A stretch of 64,000 nucleotides of DNA from Escherichia coli (GTDB lineage: Bacteria > Pseudomonadota > Gammaproteobacteria > Enterobacterales > Enterobacteriaceae): assembly GCF_024223415.1 (NCBI RefSeq), contig NZ_CP100500.1, one strand, 5' to 3'. Shown here in pieces: positions 10,636 to 24,837 of the stretch. The position numbers and the translations under genes were made by a program. The notes under the pieces were generated by a model. It was given only the letters and a program-made list of their open reading frames with translations, did not search any database and was not told the origin of the DNA. The first letter of the stretch is position 1. Each line of letters opens with the position of its first letter.

Positions 10636-13600
10636 TTAACTCGCCTGAGAAGGCGCTTCGTCACTTCCTGGAAGCGTTTCAGGGAGTTGCGGCGCAAATC
10701 CTCGCAGGCCGACGACGTGAACGTGTTCGGTATTCTGGAAGACTTTACGCACCAGTTTATAGGTGGTGCCTTTCTCCGGGCTGATATTTTCCGGCGCTGC
10801 GATGATGAGCTGCATTTGCAAACGTTCACACAATTCAAACAGCGTGGCGATAGAACGAGCATCCAGTCGCGCTGCTTCATCGAGGAACAGCAGGCGGCAA
10901 GGAGAGATATCTTTACCGCGCAGGCGGCGAGATTCATCTTCCCAGCTTTGTACCACCATCACCAGAATCGACATACCGGTACCAATCGCCTCACCGGTCG
11001 ACAATGCACCAGACTCTGCGCGCAACCAGCCATCGGAACCACGGTTAACCTCAACTTCCATTTCCAGATAGTTGCGGTAATCCAGCAGTTCTTCGCCAAT
11101 GGTCTGCGGCGTGCGCTGCCCCATATCAATCTGCGGATTAAGACGCTGATACAATTTCGCCAGCGCTTCCGAGAAGGTCAGACGGTTGCTGTTAAACAGA
11201 TCCTGATGCTGCTCATGCTGTTCAGAGAGCACATCCAGCAGCATGGCGTGTGTTTCACGCACATTCACGTTGAGGCGCACGCTGTTCACCTGACCAAACG
11301 ATACGTTCTGCAACCCCTGGTTGAGCATACGGATACGGTTCTGCTCGCGCTGAATGGTTTTGCGAATGATGTTCGCCACGCTGCGGGAACTGATCGCCAG
11401 TTTCTGTTCACGGGAGGTTAATTCTTCGGTCAGACGGCTAAGTTCGATCTCCATCTGTTCGATAGCTTCCACCGGATCATCGGTACGAATAATATCCTGA
11501 CGAATACGTTCACGCAGATGCTGATAAACCGCCACGAAGAACTGAATTTTACGCTCCGGACGTTTCGGATCTTCCGACATGCGCAGCACGTCGCGCAGAT
11601 GTTCGTTATCCGCCACCGCCAGACGCAGCGCACCTAACGCCTTATCCGACATGGAACGCAAATCATCAGCGGAGAGATAAGCCAGCTCACGACGGTGTAA
11701 GCGGCGCTCAACGCCGTTATCTTTCACCATGCGCATGACTGCACACCAGCCCGCTTTGGCGGTCACTACCTGCTCGCGCATCTCAAAGTAATCACGCTCC
11801 AGCTTGCGCAGTTTGCGGGTCAGGTTGTCCATCTCCGCTTCGCAGAAGGTGAGCGCTTTTTCCAGTTGATTGCGGCGCGAACGGTTATTGCTCAGTTGTG
11901 CATGCAGCTCGTCACGGCGAATACGTGCCCGCTCTTCTGCCCCGCTATCAGCACGCACGCCGATATCCTGCAATTCACGTTGCAGATCGTTGAGTAGCTC
12001 TTTTTTGGTGTCGTAAGAACTTTTCAGCGAAGCCAGCACCTGGTTGTACTGACTCAACTGCGCTGCGTGACCGCGCAACGCTTCGCGAGCGCGGGTACGC
12101 TCCGCTTCCGCCTGTTCCAGACGTTCACGCAGTTTTTCGTTGAGATCGTTGTTACCGCTAAGCATTTCTGCCGAGTCAGAATAGCTAAAGTGCGCACGAC
12201 GCTGCACCACTTCCGTCAGGGCAAACGCCTGCTGACGGGCATCGCGCTGCATCTGCTGAGAGTACGCGTAATCTTCTTTTAACTGTTCGAACTGTTCCGG
12301 GTCGCTCTGCAATACCGAAACGATCGGTTCCAGTTTCGCCAGTTGATTGCCAAACTGCTGAACAAAACGCGCGGCTTCCTGGGCTTCATCCAGACGTTCG
12401 CGGATTTCATCGACGCGATCCGCCAGGCTGTCATCAGCCAACAGGTTGAGACGCGGCAGAATGCGGTTCAGCGCCGTAACGCCTTCTTTCGCCTGCTCAA
12501 ACTGAATACGCTGCTGCTGGTTATCATTTTCATGATTACTCAACGCCCGCTCCAGTTCGACGCGACGGCTGTTCAGTTGACGGATTTCTGCTTCCGGGTC
12601 AGACTCAAACGCCACCGCCAGATGACTGCCGATAAAGCGGCTGAACGCCTGATGCAGACGCTGGGTTTTCTGTACATCAAAGGAGAGCGTGGCGAAGCGT
12701 TCGGAAAGCACTTCACGCTCGGCATGGAGGCTTTCAATACGGCTTTCACGCGCAGCACGACCAAACAGCGGCACTTCCGGGAAACGTGAATAACGCCACT
12801 GACGATCGGCGATTTTCACCACTACCGCTTTTTCCAGCTCATCAACGCTGAACACGCTGTCATCGAATGACTGCGGATCCCCTTCGATCAAATAGAGATC
12901 TTCCGGGCAATCGGTCAAACCTTCCAGGTGTTCGGTTACCTGTGACAGATCTGGCACCACGATGGCGTGGCGTGACGGGCCATACAGCGCTGAGAAGTAC
13001 GGCGCATCTTCCAGGCTAACGTCGTCATAAATTTCTGACAGCAGCACACCACCAAAACGCTCCGCCAGCGCGTTCAGACGCTGATCTTCAGAGCCGCCAG
13101 GCTGGCTTAAACGTTCGATCTCTTCATCGACGGCGTTTTTGCGCGCGCCTACTTCATCGCGTTCAACAATCGCCTCGCGCTCACGCTCCAGCAACTGTTG
13201 CAGATATTCAGTGACGTCCTGGCTGGAGGAGAACTCTTCGCCGCACTGTTCACTCAACTGGTTGAGACTGTTTTGCGCTGCCAGCCAAACCGGTGCACGC
13301 TGCATCAAACTCTGAATGCGAGACTGCAGCTGTTCCTGCTCCTGACGCAGTGCCATACGCTCTTCGCGGGCGTTAGAAACGCTGTCGGAAAGAGAGGCAA
13401 TGCGCGCTTCCAGCTCCTGATGCAGGGCTTCCAGTTCGTCGATATCAAAATTCTTGCCCTGACGTTTGCAGAAATCTGCCAGCAGGCGTTCGGCTTCTTG
13501 CTGCTCGCGCAGACGCTGTTCCAGTTCACTTAAGCGCATCCGCAACGGTTGAACCTGCTCTGCCAGGTGACGCTGATCGACCCCTTCGCGCAATAGTTCG

Positions 13601-15096
13601 CGAGCGACATCCCACGCCTCGTTACGCGCCAGCGGGCCGTTGATTGCCACCACCAGCTGATAAGCCTGCTCAAACTGGCTGTGCGCGGTTTGCGCCATGC
13701 TCATTTTCTGCTCAAGAGAGAGCATTTTTTCAGTCGCTTCCAGCTCTTTCGCCTGGAAGGTTTCCAGCCATTCGGCGGCGCTGTCGGCGGTTAAGTCCGG
13801 CAGATGGCACAGTTCTTTGGCACGATTAAGCGCAGCAATCGCCTGGTTGTACTGGATCGCGCGCGTTTGCTGGACGTCCAGCGCCTGCTGGTAGTCAGCA
13901 AGCTGGCTTTTCAGCTCGTCCACTTCCAGTTCGGCAGCTTCCGCGCGAGCCTCGTTCTCTTCCTGGCGTTCGATGGCTTCTGCCACCACTTCGTTTTGCT
14001 CTTCCAGACGGATCTGCAGCTCATCGAGATCCGCTTCGTAGCGTTCGATCTTCTCCTGCTGACGCAGTGCGGTTTGCACCAGGTTCAGGTGATCGCTGGC
14101 CGCCTGATAATCCGCTTCCAGATCGCCTTCGGCACCGTTGTGCTCTGCCAGCTCACGCGCCATATCGACGTGTTTGTACTGCTCCGCCGCCAGTTGCTGA
14201 CGCGAAGTATGTAGTTCGCGACGAAACTCTAGGGCCTTATCGAGATGGACACGGCGCTCGTTGGCGTGACGCATGTAGTCCGCCGCCACGTAGTTGGTGG
14301 CTTCGCTAATCAGATGCTTAAACAGGTCGCGGTCCGACTGGGTGACACGAATCGCTTCCAGCGTCATGCGGTTTTCACGCAGCGCCGCTTCCATGTCCTG
14401 GAACGCTTTACGCACGCCGCTGTTTTCCGGCAACAGGTAGTCGCGCAGAGAACGGGTAATGGCACTGGAGATCCCGCCATACAGCGAAGCTTCGATCAGA
14501 CGATAGAATTTGCTACGGTCAGATGCGGAGCGCAGACGACGCGCGATGATGCCCAGATCGAACATCAGCGAGTGGTAATCGGTAATGGAGTTGAACTGTT
14601 TAAACTGCACGCCTTCCATCGCCTCGAGCTTGTCTTTCAGCTCGTTAAGCGGCAGCACGCGCGCCTGGCGTTCGTTCAGAGTTTCAGTCACCAGCTGTGT
14701 CGGCTGCACCGACATCGGCAGTCCCTGAATGGCAAATGGTTTGATATCCACTTTACGATCGCGTCCGGCAACCTGTTGCAGACGCACACCGACCACCACG
14801 CGCTGGTGGCGCGAGTTAATGGTGTCGAGCATCGAATAACAGACACCCGCTTTCAGCTTACCGTGCAGACCTTTATCGCGCGAACCGCTGGTGGCCCCGG
14901 CTTCCGTAGTGTTACGGAAATGCAGCAGGGTCAGGTCGGGGATCAGCGCCGTAACGAACGCCGCCATGGTGGTGGATTTACCCGCCCCGTTACCGCCAGA
15001 AAGCGTCGTGACCAGCTCGTCAAGGTCAAAAGTTCGGGCAAAAAAGCCGTTCCAGTTAATCAGCGTCAGTGAGCGAAATTTACCGCGTTCAATCAT
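10636..15096 (-). CDS. mukB: Chromosome partition protein MukB (SMC-like)
   Basis: 1486 aa; Walker [10 protein letters not shown] near N-terminus, long coiled coils, C-terminal head. Confidence 0.95.
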   Translation of the reverse strand: MIERGKFRSLTLINWNGFFARTFDLDELVTTLSGGNGAGKSTTMAAFVTALIPDLTLLHFRNTTEAGATSGSRDKGLHGKLKAGVCYSMLDTINSRHQRVVVGVRLQQVAGRDRKVDIKPFAIQGLPMSVQPTQLVTETLNERQARVLPLNELKDKLEAMEGVQFKQFNSITDYHSLMFDLGIIARRLRSASDRSKFYRLIEASLYGGISSAITRSLRDYLLPENSGVRKAFQDMEAALRENRMTLEAIRVTQSDRDLFKHLISEATNYVAADYMRHANERRVHLDKALEFRRELHTSRQQLAAEQYKHVDMARELAEHNGAEGDLEADYQAASDHLNLVQTALRQQEKIERYEADLDELQIRLEEQNEVVAEAIERQEENEARAEAAELEVDELKSQLADYQQALDVQQTRAIQYNQAIAALNRAKELCHLPDLTADSAAEWLETFQAKELEATEKMLSLEQKMSMAQTAHSQFEQAYQLVVAINGPLARNEAWDVARELLREGVDQRHLAEQVQPLRMRLSELEQRLREQQEAERLLADFCKRQGKNFDIDELEALHQELEARIASLSDSVSNAREERMALRQEQEQLQSRIQSLMQRAPVWLAAQNSLNQLSEQCGEEFSSSQDVTEYLQQLLEREREAIVERDEVGARKNAVDEEIERLSQPGGSEDQRLNALAERFGGVLLSEIYDDVSLEDAPYFSALYGPSRHAIVVPDLSQVTEHLEGLTDCPEDLYLIEGDPQSFDDSVFSVDELEKAVVVKIADRQWRYSRFPEVPLFGRAARESRIESLHAEREVLSERFATLSFDVQKTQRLHQAFSRFIGSHLAVAFESDPEAEIRQLNSRRVELERALSNHENDNQQQRIQFEQAKEGVTALNRILPRLNLLADDSLADRVDEIRERLDEAQEAARFVQQFGNQLAKLEPIVSVLQSDPEQFEQLKEDYAYSQQMQRDARQQAFALTEVVQRRAHFSYSDSAEMLSGNNDLNEKLRERLEQAEAERTRAREALRGHAAQLSQYNQVLASLKSSYDTKKELLNDLQRELQDIGVRADSGAEERARIRRDELHAQLSNNRSRRNQLEKALTFCEAEMDNLTRKLRKLERDYFEMREQVVTAKAGWCAVMRMVKDNGVERRLHRRELAYLSADDLRSMSDKALGALRLAVADNEHLRDVLRMSEDPKRPERKIQFFVAVYQHLRERIRQDIIRTDDPVEAIEQMEIELSRLTEELTSREQKLAISSRSVANIIRKTIQREQNRIRMLNQGLQNVSFGQVNSVRLNVNVRETHAMLLDVLSEQHEQHQDLFNSNRLTFSEALAKLYQRLNPQIDMGQRTPQTIGEELLDYRNYLEMEVEVNRGSDGWLRAESGALSTGEAIGTGMSILVMVVQSWEDESRRLRGKDISPCRLLFLDEAARLDARSIATLFELCERLQMQLIIAAPENISPEKGTTYKLVRKVFQNTEHVHVVGLRGFAPQLPETLPGSDEAPSQAS

Positions 15097-15800
15097 TATT
15101 CTTCCTCTCCGCTATCTGGCTGATTCTCTTCGGTTTCATCGTTGAGTTGCAGATGATTTTCAATCGGCATTGCTTCGCCATCACGAATCAGGCGACGCTG
15201 TGCTTCACGGGGATCGTCGCCAGCACGCACATCGGCTCCGAAGCGGAACACCGATTCGGTAATGCGGAACTTGCTGCTGTCGTGGCCCATAAACCACACC
15301 ATGCCTAAACGACGCAGACGGTTGAGCGAAGAACGTACTTTTTCCTGCAACTTCTGACGGTCAACGTCTGAACCGGTTGAACGGTTGTTCACCAGTTTCA
15401 GCAGTTTCGCTTCATCGGCCAGGGTGAGCAGTTCGTCGTACAGTTCCTGTTGAGTAAAAATCCCCTCATTCGCCAGCCGTTCCGGGCTGAGATAGAGATA
15501 ACAGAGGATTTTCCCGACCATCATATCCAGTTCCGACAAGACGGAACGAGGGATAATAGTGGTGGAACGTGGACGTAAATAGAAGAACCCTTCCGGTGCA
15601 CGAATAAGCTCAACGTTATAACGCGCGTAAAACTCTTCCAGATATTCCTGAAAATCCATCAGGAATGCATGATTATCCAGTTCGTCGAGGCCAATATGGC
15701 GGCCTGAACGTAAGGCGCTGTCCAGCGCCGGAAATAACGGATTCGCCAGCGCCTGCGCCAGCTTAACCGGCATCACTTGTTCAATATTTGTCGATGACAT
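15096..15800 (-). CDS. mukE: Chromosome partition protein MukE
   Basis: ORF track 15096..15827; start moved to [16 protein letters not shown] (234 aa); overlaps mukF 3' end. Confidence 0.9.
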
Positions 15801-17103
15801 GCGCCTGTACCTTGGCTCCGTAATCATTAATCGGCTGCCATTTCGCTGGCAGTCCGGTGAAATCTGCTTGCGCTACGCCAAGACGTACCGCCTGATCAAT
15901 AACAATGCGCGCAACGTCAAAGTGACGTGCACGCGGATACTGTGACAGATATTCGCGTACCACCAGACCAAGATCCAGCGGCACTTGTCTGGTTTTGTAC
16001 ACGGCGAGTTGTTCTTCGATGATCGCCGCCAGCTGTTCGCGGATCTCGTTAAACTCTTCGTACTCCAGATCCTCAGGAAGTTCTCCAGTCACTTCTTCAT
16101 CGCGCAGTGCCATCTCTTCGTCACGCATATCCAGCAGACGATCGGCATTGGCATAAGTTAGCGCCCACGGCTCATCAAAATAGGTTTGTACCGACTGACG
16201 TAACCGCTGAGCAAAGACGCGGTTTTTATCCATATCGATTGCGGTACGGATAAATTTGTGTACGTGGCGGTCGTAGCCAATCCACAAGTCTATGGATTGC
16301 TGGCCCCAACTGATAATACGGTCGAGTTTGCTCTGCAGATCGAACACCAGACGATCGACAAAATGCAGATCGTCATGGGTCATCGTCGCATCCTGAATGC
16401 GCAACAGATTAGCCTGCAATTTGTCGCCTGCCGCTTCCAGCGTATCCTGCAATTCACGCAGCGTTCCGGAAGTTTCCGAAAGCAACAATTCACAGCTGGA
16501 AATCGCCGCCCGCCAGTCTTTGTTCAGCAACTGGGCGATATCGTCCTTCACCTGCTGCTGCTGTTCGTCCATCAGACGTTGCGTCAGGTCGATACTGTCG
16601 AAAATTTCTGCTACCGAATATTTCAGTGGCGCATAAACATTACGGTGCCAGTGAAATTCATCACCGCCCTCTTCGGCGGCATCTGCTGCGCGTTTGAGCT
16701 CACCCGCCACAATCGACAACTGCATAGAGAGGCGCAGCGTAGAAAACTCGCGCTGACGGATGTAATAGTCAGTAATGCCGATGCCGAGCGGCGTCAGACG
16801 GTAAATTGCGTTCCCTTCTGCCTGCTCGCTGGTAAAGCGGTTCAGCAGACGTTGACGCACCATGTCGTTGATCGCGTTATTGGCGCGCACGCCGATGGTT
16901 TCGCTGGTTTGCTCAAACGCATCACTCACATGGCGGAATGCATCCACCAGCTCGCCTTCACTCATCTCACCATCCAGACGCTCGCCGTTCAGCGTGGCAA
17001 CCGCCAGCAGAAAAGAGAGTCGGTCTACCGGCAGCGAAATGGAGAAGTCATTTTTTCTGGCCCAGGCAACCAGTTCGGGGACTGTCTGGGAAAATTCACT
17101 CAT
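15781..17103 (-). CDS. mukF: Chromosome partition protein MukF (kleisin)
   Basis: 440 aa, [26 protein letters not shown]... Confidence 0.93.
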
Positions 17104-17885
17104 ACTTTATCCTTGCTCTGCGGTTTGCGCGCGGTGACATGAATATAACGCCCCAGGGTAATATACGGTTCCTTACGGCAATAACGCGTTTCTAATTCAA
17201 GTAATGCTTCATAGCAGTCGCGCTGCTGGTGCTTCTCGCGCAGATAATCATGAAACACGCGAACGCCTGTCTTACCCATAATTTGCCAACCAGCTTCTTC
17301 CAGCCACAGATAAACCTGCGCCGGGTCGCGTGGATAATCTGGCGAAAGCGTCCGTTTTTTCTTTTTCGGCATTCCCGCCTGCACGTAATCAAAATTCCCG
17401 GCGACCATGTTATGCATCAACAAACCATGCGCATTGTAGAACATTAACGACAACACGCCGCCTGGATGCAACACTGACCACAGGGTCTGCAATACGCTGC
17501 GGGGATCAGCCACCCACTCGAGCACCGCATGGAACAATATCAGATCAACGGGCGTTTCCAAATGCGAAGCAACATCCTGAGCGGCGCAATGTATAAATTG
17601 CATGTTGTCGCTCACACCTTTTGCTTCTGCCGCCTGTTTTGCGCGGTCGATCATCTGCGCAGAAAGATCGCATAAAATAACCTGATGCCCACGCTCGGCC
17701 ATTTTGATTGCAGTCTGCCCTTCTCCACCGCCCGCATCCAGCACACGCAGTTTTTGCGGACCCATTTCCGCCAGCACGCGATCGAGATCCTGCCACAGAA
17801 TAGCCTGTCGAAGCTGCCCTTTGGTGGTGCCGTAAATGTTACGGGAAAACTTTTCCGCAATATCATCAAAATTGCGATCCTGCAT
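17100..17885 (-). CDS. cmoM: SAM-dependent methyltransferase CmoM (SmtA)
   Basis: ORF track 17100..17897; start moved to [13 protein letters not shown] (261 aa); SAM motif VLDAGGGEG; overlaps mukF start. Confidence 0.88.
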
Positions 17886-18020
17886 TGCTTTCTCCACCGG
17901 TTGGCTAAGACGTTTTCTGATAAAGACGCTATTTTGTCACAGCCACGGCGAGAATGAACCCGTCTGGTGTAATATCGCTGGCGATCCCTTGCTATATGGT
18001 TAAAAAAGGAACCAGAAAGG

Positions 18021-18800
18021 ATGCTTTTTACACTGAAAAAAGTGATTGGCAATATGTTGCTGCCACTTCCGCTGATGTTGTTAATTATTGGCGCTGGCCT
18101 GGCGCTGCTGTGGTTTAGCCGTTTTCAAAAAACCGGGAAGATTTTTATTAGCATTGGGTGGCTGTCACTCTTGTTATTGAGTTTGCAACCGGTAGCCGAC
18201 CGCCTGCTGCGTCCCATCGAAAGCACCTATCCGACATGGAATAATTCGCAAAAAGTGGACTATATCGTGGTGCTCGGAGGTGGTTATACCTGGAACCCGC
18301 AGTGGGCACCGAGCTCTAATTTAATCAATAACAGTCTGCCACGCCTGAATGAGGGTATCCGTTTATGGCGCGAAAATCCGGGTTCAAAACTGATCTTCAC
18401 GGGAGGCGTAGCAAAAACCAATACGGTGAGTACAGCGGAAGTAGGTGCCAGAGTTGCGCAATCGCTGGGCGTACCGCGCGAGCAAATTATCACCCTGGAT
18501 TTGCCAAAAGATACCGAAGAAGAAGCTGCGGCAGTGAAACAGGCGATTGGTGACGCCCCTTTCCTGCTGGTGACCTCCGCATCACATCTGCCGCGGGCGA
18601 TGATCTTTTTTCAGCAGGAAGGGTTAAATCCGCTACCAGCCCCGGCGAATCAGTTGGCCATCGACTCGCCGCTTAATCCGTGGGAACGGGCAATCCCTTC
18701 TCCGGTCTGGCTGATGCATAGCGATCGTGTTGGCTATGAAACGCTTGGCCGCATCTGGCAGTGGCTGAAAGGTCCGTCAGGCGAGCCACGGCAAGAGTGA
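18021..18800 (+). CDS. elyC: Envelope biogenesis factor ElyC (YcbC), DUF218
   Basis: 259 aa, N-terminal TM segments. Confidence 0.85.
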   Translation: MLFTLKKVIGNMLLPLPLMLLIIGAGLALLWFSRFQKTGKIFISIGWLSLLLLSLQPVADRLLRPIESTYPTWNNSQKVDYIVVLGGGYTWNPQWAPSSNLINNSLPRLNEGIRLWRENPGSKLIFTGGVAKTNTVSTAEVGARVAQSLGVPREQIITLDLPKDTEEEAAAVKQAIGDAPFLLVTSASHLPRAMIFFQQEGLNPLPAPANQLAIDSPLNPWERAIPSPVWLMHSDRVGYETLGRIWQWLKGPSGEPRQE

Positions 18801-19670
18801 TTTTGATGCCAGATCGAAGTTGCGCCGACTAAATCGTCCGGTATTAACCAGTTGCGCGACTTCATCCCATAACACATACAACCAACGCCGCCAGATGAAC
18901 GACTCCGCCACTGGCGCGCGTTGCAGGTAACTCCAGAGCAAATCTTCCGCCAGAGAATTATCCATTAGTCGGAACAGTTCGTATTCTCGCGGTGCCCAAA
19001 GCATTAGTCCCGGCCCGACCATCGCCAGTAACTGATCGCTGCGCGAATCTTTCAGCATGCTGCGTAAACAGAAGTTACCGTGAATCAGCACACAATTGTC
19101 GTTAAAACCTTCAAATAATGCCGGGAGACATTCGCGAGTGCGAAACAGGATCCGCTTATCCTGCATCGTCAGACCGGTGTTATTGAACTGATTGAGCGTG
19201 GTCCATAGCACTTCAACATGTTGCCGGTACCATGAGGGCCAGAAATTTTCCTGAGTATTGTCGACCGCGCCGACGCAACCGCGACTGTCCTGACGGTGCC
19301 AGGCCAGTAAGGCTTCAACGATTTGGTCTTTGAGCTGTTCCCAGCGTTCTGGTGTTCGGGCTGGTGCCTCCACCGAAACACCACGCATCCGCTCCAGTAG
19401 CAGGACATCAGGGCCGGGGTGTTCTTCATGCGTCATCACACCATAAATAGTCGGCATACGGACAGTCCCACTTCTTGCCAGCATGGTGGTTTTCCATGCC
19501 AGTTGTCGGGCTTTTCCGGGCGTACTAAAGCTTCTTGCCATTAACGGCATTGGGTTTCCCTGGCTGTCATACAAAGCCCACAACGCCGTATCCGCTTTTT
19601 CATTGACGCACTCAATACGACTGAGTTTTTCGCCCAGTAAATGGCTTAATTCGGCACGCAGCTGTTCCAT
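18777..19670 (-). CDS. ycbJ: Putative phosphotransferase/kinase-like protein YcbJ
   Basis: 297 aa; 3' end overlaps elyC convergently. Confidence 0.8.
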   Translation of the reverse strand: MEQLRAELSHLLGEKLSRIECVNEKADTALWALYDSQGNPMPLMARSFSTPGKARQLAWKTTMLARSGTVRMPTIYGVMTHEEHPGPDVLLLERMRGVSVEAPARTPERWEQLKDQIVEALLAWHRQDSRGCVGAVDNTQENFWPSWYRQHVEVLWTTLNQFNNTGLTMQDKRILFRTRECLPALFEGFNDNCVLIHGNFCLRSMLKDSRSDQLLAMVGPGLMLWAPREYELFRLMDNSLAEDLLWSYLQRAPVAESFIWRRWLYVLWDEVAQLVNTGRFSRRNFDLASKSLLPWLA

Positions 19671-19823
19671 TCAGATTACCCTCATAAAAGCTACTGCTTT
19701 CATAATGAGCGCCAATATAAAAGATGTCACCTGAATGAGATCAATTGTTGAAAAGAAAAATTGAGGAAAATCGTAACGGTACGACACTCCTCCCAAAATT
19801 GGCTGGAGTGTCGTGAAGTGAAA

Positions 19824-20749
<926 letters not shown>

Positions 20750-20800
20750 AGTTCCTCCAGATGGATCGGGTTATGAATGCATAAATCTTATCATAATCAT

Positions 20801-22033
20801 TTATGCGACGGGGTCTATTTCCCAGCCGGTGCGGCAATCCGTAAAGAGACCTTGCGGGCAGTGTCCTAATGTCACCCGCGTTGCCTGCTGCCAGTTAGCG
20901 AAATCAGTAATCGCCTGACGTAACCCTTTTTGCAGCGTTGTCGTTGGTTTAATACCTTCCTGTAACCACAGAGAGATAACTTCAAGGATGCCTGTCTGGC
21001 GATGCATTTTGGCATCCATTCGCCCAACTAATTGCCCACGATGTAATAACGGCAGAACAAAATAGCCATACTGGCGTTTCGGCGCTGGGGTATAGCACTC
21101 CAGCCGGTAGCTAAAATCAAAAAGCTGCTCTGCGCGTTTGCGATCCCAGACAACAGGATCAAAAGGCGAAAGTACCGCGCTGTGCGTTGCAGTGAGCTTT
21201 CCGGCCAGCGCTCGCTCGAGTAGCGGCAGCAAATCAGCATGCAGCCAAAGATTGCCCAATTTTTCAACATGCACAGCAATGATTTGCCGCTGTTCAGCCC
21301 TCGCTTCGCGCCACGCTGCCAGTGCCGGACGTTTCAGCCGATAGTAATCTGCCAGCCACTGTTCGCGGAATATTCCCAGGCTACGCGCACTGTTATCCAG
21401 CATGATGATTTCTGCTTCTGTTTGCGAAACGAGATCGCGCTCATCATCCCAGTCAGGCATGACACGGTGGGTTAAATCATAAACGCGCTGGAAGTTGCGC
21501 CGTTCAATCACCATTACCTTTCCGGCAGTAAATAAACCTTCCAGATGCCGTTTATGCGGCTTCCATTCCCACCAGCCGCTTGCACCTTTACGAGGATGCT
21601 CAAAATCGGCTGAACGTACCGGCCCCTTATCATGAATATGCTGAATTAACTGTGCAATTTCCGCCTCATGTTCCTGCATCCAGGCGTCTTTGTATTTCCA
21701 GCCCATTTTTTCAGGTGCCAGCATGCGGTGGCGAATAAGACGAAAGTCGCTGCGTGGCATAAAGCAGGCTTCATGCGCCCAGTATTCCATTAATTCGCCA
21801 CGCGCCAGAGACTCATCCAGCCACTGGGCAGGATAATTTCCCAGACGACTGAAAAGCACCAGATATGGGCTACGGGCAACAATATTGATGGTATCGATTT
21901 GCAGCAAGGACATGCGGGAGATCGTTGCCGGAATATCCTCCAACGACGCTCGACGGCGGGGTTTGTTTAACAGGCCTTGCGCGGCAAGGTGAAGATTACG
22001 CGCATCAGCAAGGGAGAGGTGCGGCAGCGACAT
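20801..22033 (-). CDS. ycaQ: Winged-helix DNA-binding protein YcaQ
   Basis: 410 aa; conserved position between ycaR and lpxK. Confidence 0.85.
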   Translation of the reverse strand: MSLPHLSLADARNLHLAAQGLLNKPRRRASLEDIPATISRMSLLQIDTINIVARSPYLVLFSRLGNYPAQWLDESLARGELMEYWAHEACFMPRSDFRLIRHRMLAPEKMGWKYKDAWMQEHEAEIAQLIQHIHDKGPVRSADFEHPRKGASGWWEWKPHKRHLEGLFTAGKVMVIERRNFQRVYDLTHRVMPDWDDERDLVSQTEAEIIMLDNSARSLGIFREQWLADYYRLKRPALAAWREARAEQRQIIAVHVEKLGNLWLHADLLPLLERALAGKLTATHSAVLSPFDPVVWDRKRAEQLFDFSYRLECYTPAPKRQYGYFVLPLLHRGQLVGRMDAKMHRQTGILEVISLWLQEGIKPTTTLQKGLRQAITDFANWQQATRVTLGHCPQGLFTDCRTGWEIDPVA

Positions 22034-22069
22034 TCATGACTCCATCAATCGAACGCTGCCGCGGCGTAA

Positions 22070-23056
22070 CTAGTTGCCAGAAGCCAGCGAGGTTAGTTGC
22101 GCAAGCAGTTTCGCTGGTTCATCACCTGAAAGCTGTGCGTCAACGGGCAAATACCACCAATTTTCTTCTGCAAAGGCCCGGCATTTCACCGCATCTTTTT
22201 CAGTCATTACCAGCGTTTGCCCGGTGCTTACCAACGCGCTGACATCCGCATGGTTCAAAGACTGATGATCGGCCAGCGGTACACATTTTTCCGGTTGTAC
22301 GCCGCACATCTTCAGCGTGGCAAAAAAGCGCGGCGGATGCCCAATCCCTGCCATCGCCACCACATGTTCAAGCTGAGCAACGTCACAACGCGTACCGGTA
22401 CGTAAATTCACCGCCTGACCCGGCAGCAGATGCATGGGGATTTCACCGCTGCGGGGGACACCGCCGTTGACGATTACCGCATCAACTGACTTTAAGCGCC
22501 CCGCTCGCTCACGCATTGGCCCCGCCGGCAACCACCAGCCATTGCCAAAGCGACGCACACCATCAATAACGACAATTTCCACATCACGCGCCAGACGGTA
22601 ATGCTGTAAACCGTCGTCGGTTACGATGATCTGCACATCAGGGTGTTGCGCCAGAATGGCTTTTACCGCATCAGAACGAACGGGAGAAACCGCAACAGGC
22701 GCATCAGTGCGTTGATAAATCAACACAGGTTCATCACCCGCCTGTGCTGTGGTGGTATCTGCCGACAATAACAGCGGATAAGATTCAGCCTTACCACCAT
22801 ATCCCCGCGATACGACCCCCACGCGAATACCGCGCTGTTGCAACTGTTCCACCAGCCAGACAACGACCGGGGTTTTTCCGTTGCCGCCTGCGGTGAGATT
22901 ACCAACCACGACAACCGGTACGGGGGCACGCCAGGCGCGCTTCAGTTTTAGTTTATAGCAAAGACGGATCGCGCCACTCACCAGGCCATACAACCAGGAG
23001 AGTGGCAGCAATAGCCGCCACAAAGGGGATTCACCAGACCAGATTTTTTCGATCAT
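22070..23056 (-). CDS. lpxK: Tetraacyldisaccharide 4'-kinase
   Basis: 328 aa; P-loop [12 protein letters not shown]. Confidence 0.93.
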   Translation of the reverse strand: MIEKIWSGESPLWRLLLPLSWLYGLVSGAIRLCYKLKLKRAWRAPVPVVVVGNLTAGGNGKTPVVVWLVEQLQQRGIRVGVVSRGYGGKAESYPLLLSADTTTAQAGDEPVLIYQRTDAPVAVSPVRSDAVKAILAQHPDVQIIVTDDGLQHYRLARDVEIVVIDGVRRFGNGWWLPAGPMRERAGRLKSVDAVIVNGGVPRSGEIPMHLLPGQAVNLRTGTRCDVAQLEHVVAMAGIGHPPRFFATLKMCGVQPEKCVPLADHQSLNHADVSALVSTGQTLVMTEKDAVKCRAFAEENWWYLPVDAQLSGDEPAKLLAQLTSLASGN

Positions 23057-24801
23057 TGGCCAAACTGCATTTTGTGAAGTTGCGCGTAAACGCCGCGGTG
23101 CTCAAGCAAATCGTTATGCGTACCGCGTTCCACAATGACACCATCCTCAACGACCACGATTTCGTCTGCCTTTTCAATGGTAGACAAGCGGTGGGCAATC
23201 ACTAGAGAGGTACGGTTTTTCTGCAACTCATCCAGTGCCGCCTGAATCGCACGTTCGGATTCGGTATCCAGAGCCGAGGTAGCTTCATCCAGAATCAGAA
23301 TCGGGCTATCACGCAGCAAGGCTCGAGCGATAGCAATACGCTGACGCTGACCGCCAGAGAGCAGCACGCCGTTTTCACCAATCACTGTATCGAGACCGTT
23401 ATCCATCTTATTGATGAAGTCCATGGCGTAGGCCATACGCGCCGCTTCTTCAATTTGCTCACGGCTGTACTGTTCAGTCCGTGCGTAAGCAATGTTGTTA
23501 GCAACCGTATCGTTAAACAGATGGACATTCTGCGACACCAGAGCAACCTGGTTACGTAACGACGCCAGGGTATACTCGCGCAGATCGTGACCATCCATCA
23601 GGATTTCGCCTTCATCAATATCGTAAAAACGCGTGATCAGGCTGGCGATGGTTGATTTACCTGAACCAGAGCGTCCAACCAGAGCAACCGTCTTCCCTGC
23701 CGGAATTTTCAGGTTGATGTTACGCAATGCGGGTACGTCACGTCCCGGATAAGTAAAGGTGACGTTGCGGAATTCCACGTCGCCAGTCGCACGCTCGATC
23801 ACGCGCTTACCTTCGTCTTTCTCCTGCTCACTGTCCAGAATGGTAAACAGCGTCTGACAAGCCGCCATACCGCGCTGGAACTGGGCGTTAACGTTAGTCA
23901 GCGATTTCAGCGGACGCATCAGTGCAATCATTGAAGAGAAAACAACGGTAATCGTACCGGCAGTCAGGCTATCCATGACACTTGGGAAGCTCGCCGCATA
24001 CAGAACAAACGCCAGCGCCAAAGAGGCGATCAGCTGAATGATCGGATCAGAGATGGAAGAGGCTGAAACCATTTTCATCCCCTGAAGACGCATTCGGTTG
24101 CTGACTTTATCGAAGCGTTTCGTTTCCACTTCCTGACCACCGAAAATCAATACTTCTTTATGGCCTTTCAGCATTTGTTCAGCGCTGGTGGTCACCTGCC
24201 CCATGGTGTTCTGCATGTTTTTACTGATGTTGCGAAAACGCTTCGATACTACGCGAATCGCAATCGAAACAATCGGTGCCAGCACAATCAAAATGATCGA
24301 CAATTGCCAACTGTAATAGAACATCATGATGAACAGGCCGATGATCGACGCACCTTCACGCACAACAGTAATCAGTGCGCCGGAAGAGGAAGAAGCAACC
24401 TGTTCGGAATCGTAGGTGATACGTGACAACAGCGTACCCGTTGACTGTTTGTCAAAGAATGAAACCGGCATTCCCATCATGTGACCAAACAGGCGGCGAC
24501 GCATGGTCATTACCACCTTTCCTGATACCCAGGAGATACAGTAGCTGGAGACATAGCTGGTGATACCACGCAAAATCATCAGCCCGATCACCACCAGCGG
24601 CATCCACACCAGCACGGAGCGATCTGTTTTACCAAAGCCATCATCAAGAAGTGGCTTAAGGAGCGATAACATGAAGGTATCGCTGGCTGCGTTGAGGATT
24701 AACGCTACGCCCGCCACGATCAGACCCGCTTTAAAAGGCGCAATGGTTGGCCACAGTCGGCGGAATGTCTGCCACGTAGAGAGATCTTTGTCGTTATGCA
24801 T
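23053..24801 (-). CDS. msbA: Lipid A export ABC transporter MsbA
   Basis: 582 aa; Walker [13 protein letters not shown] signature LSGGQRQR; overlaps lpxK start. Confidence 0.95.
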   Translation of the reverse strand: MHNDKDLSTWQTFRRLWPTIAPFKAGLIVAGVALILNAASDTFMLSLLKPLLDDGFGKTDRSVLVWMPLVVIGLMILRGITSYVSSYCISWVSGKVVMTMRRRLFGHMMGMPVSFFDKQSTGTLLSRITYDSEQVASSSSGALITVVREGASIIGLFIMMFYYSWQLSIILIVLAPIVSIAIRVVSKRFRNISKNMQNTMGQVTTSAEQMLKGHKEVLIFGGQEVETKRFDKVSNRMRLQGMKMVSASSISDPIIQLIASLALAFVLYAASFPSVMDSLTAGTITVVFSSMIALMRPLKSLTNVNAQFQRGMAACQTLFTILDSEQEKDEGKRVIERATGDVEFRNVTFTYPGRDVPALRNINLKIPAGKTVALVGRSGSGKSTIASLITRFYDIDEGEILMDGHDLREYTLASLRNQVALVSQNVHLFNDTVANNIAYARTEQYSREQIEEAARMAYAMDFINKMDNGLDTVIGENGVLLSGGQRQRIAIARALLRDSPILILDEATSALDTESERAIQAALDELQKNRTSLVIAHRLSTIEKADEIVVVEDGVIVERGTHNDLLEHRGVYAQLHKMQFGQ

Positions 24802-24837
24802 TCAAAAAACCAGCATTTGTTGAAATAGCCGCATATT

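Noticed and set aside
10687-17142. Several 240-290-aa plus-strand ORFs (10687..11421, 14245..15072, 16258..17142)
   Set aside because: All are antisense to mukB or mukF; the real genes are on the minus strand.
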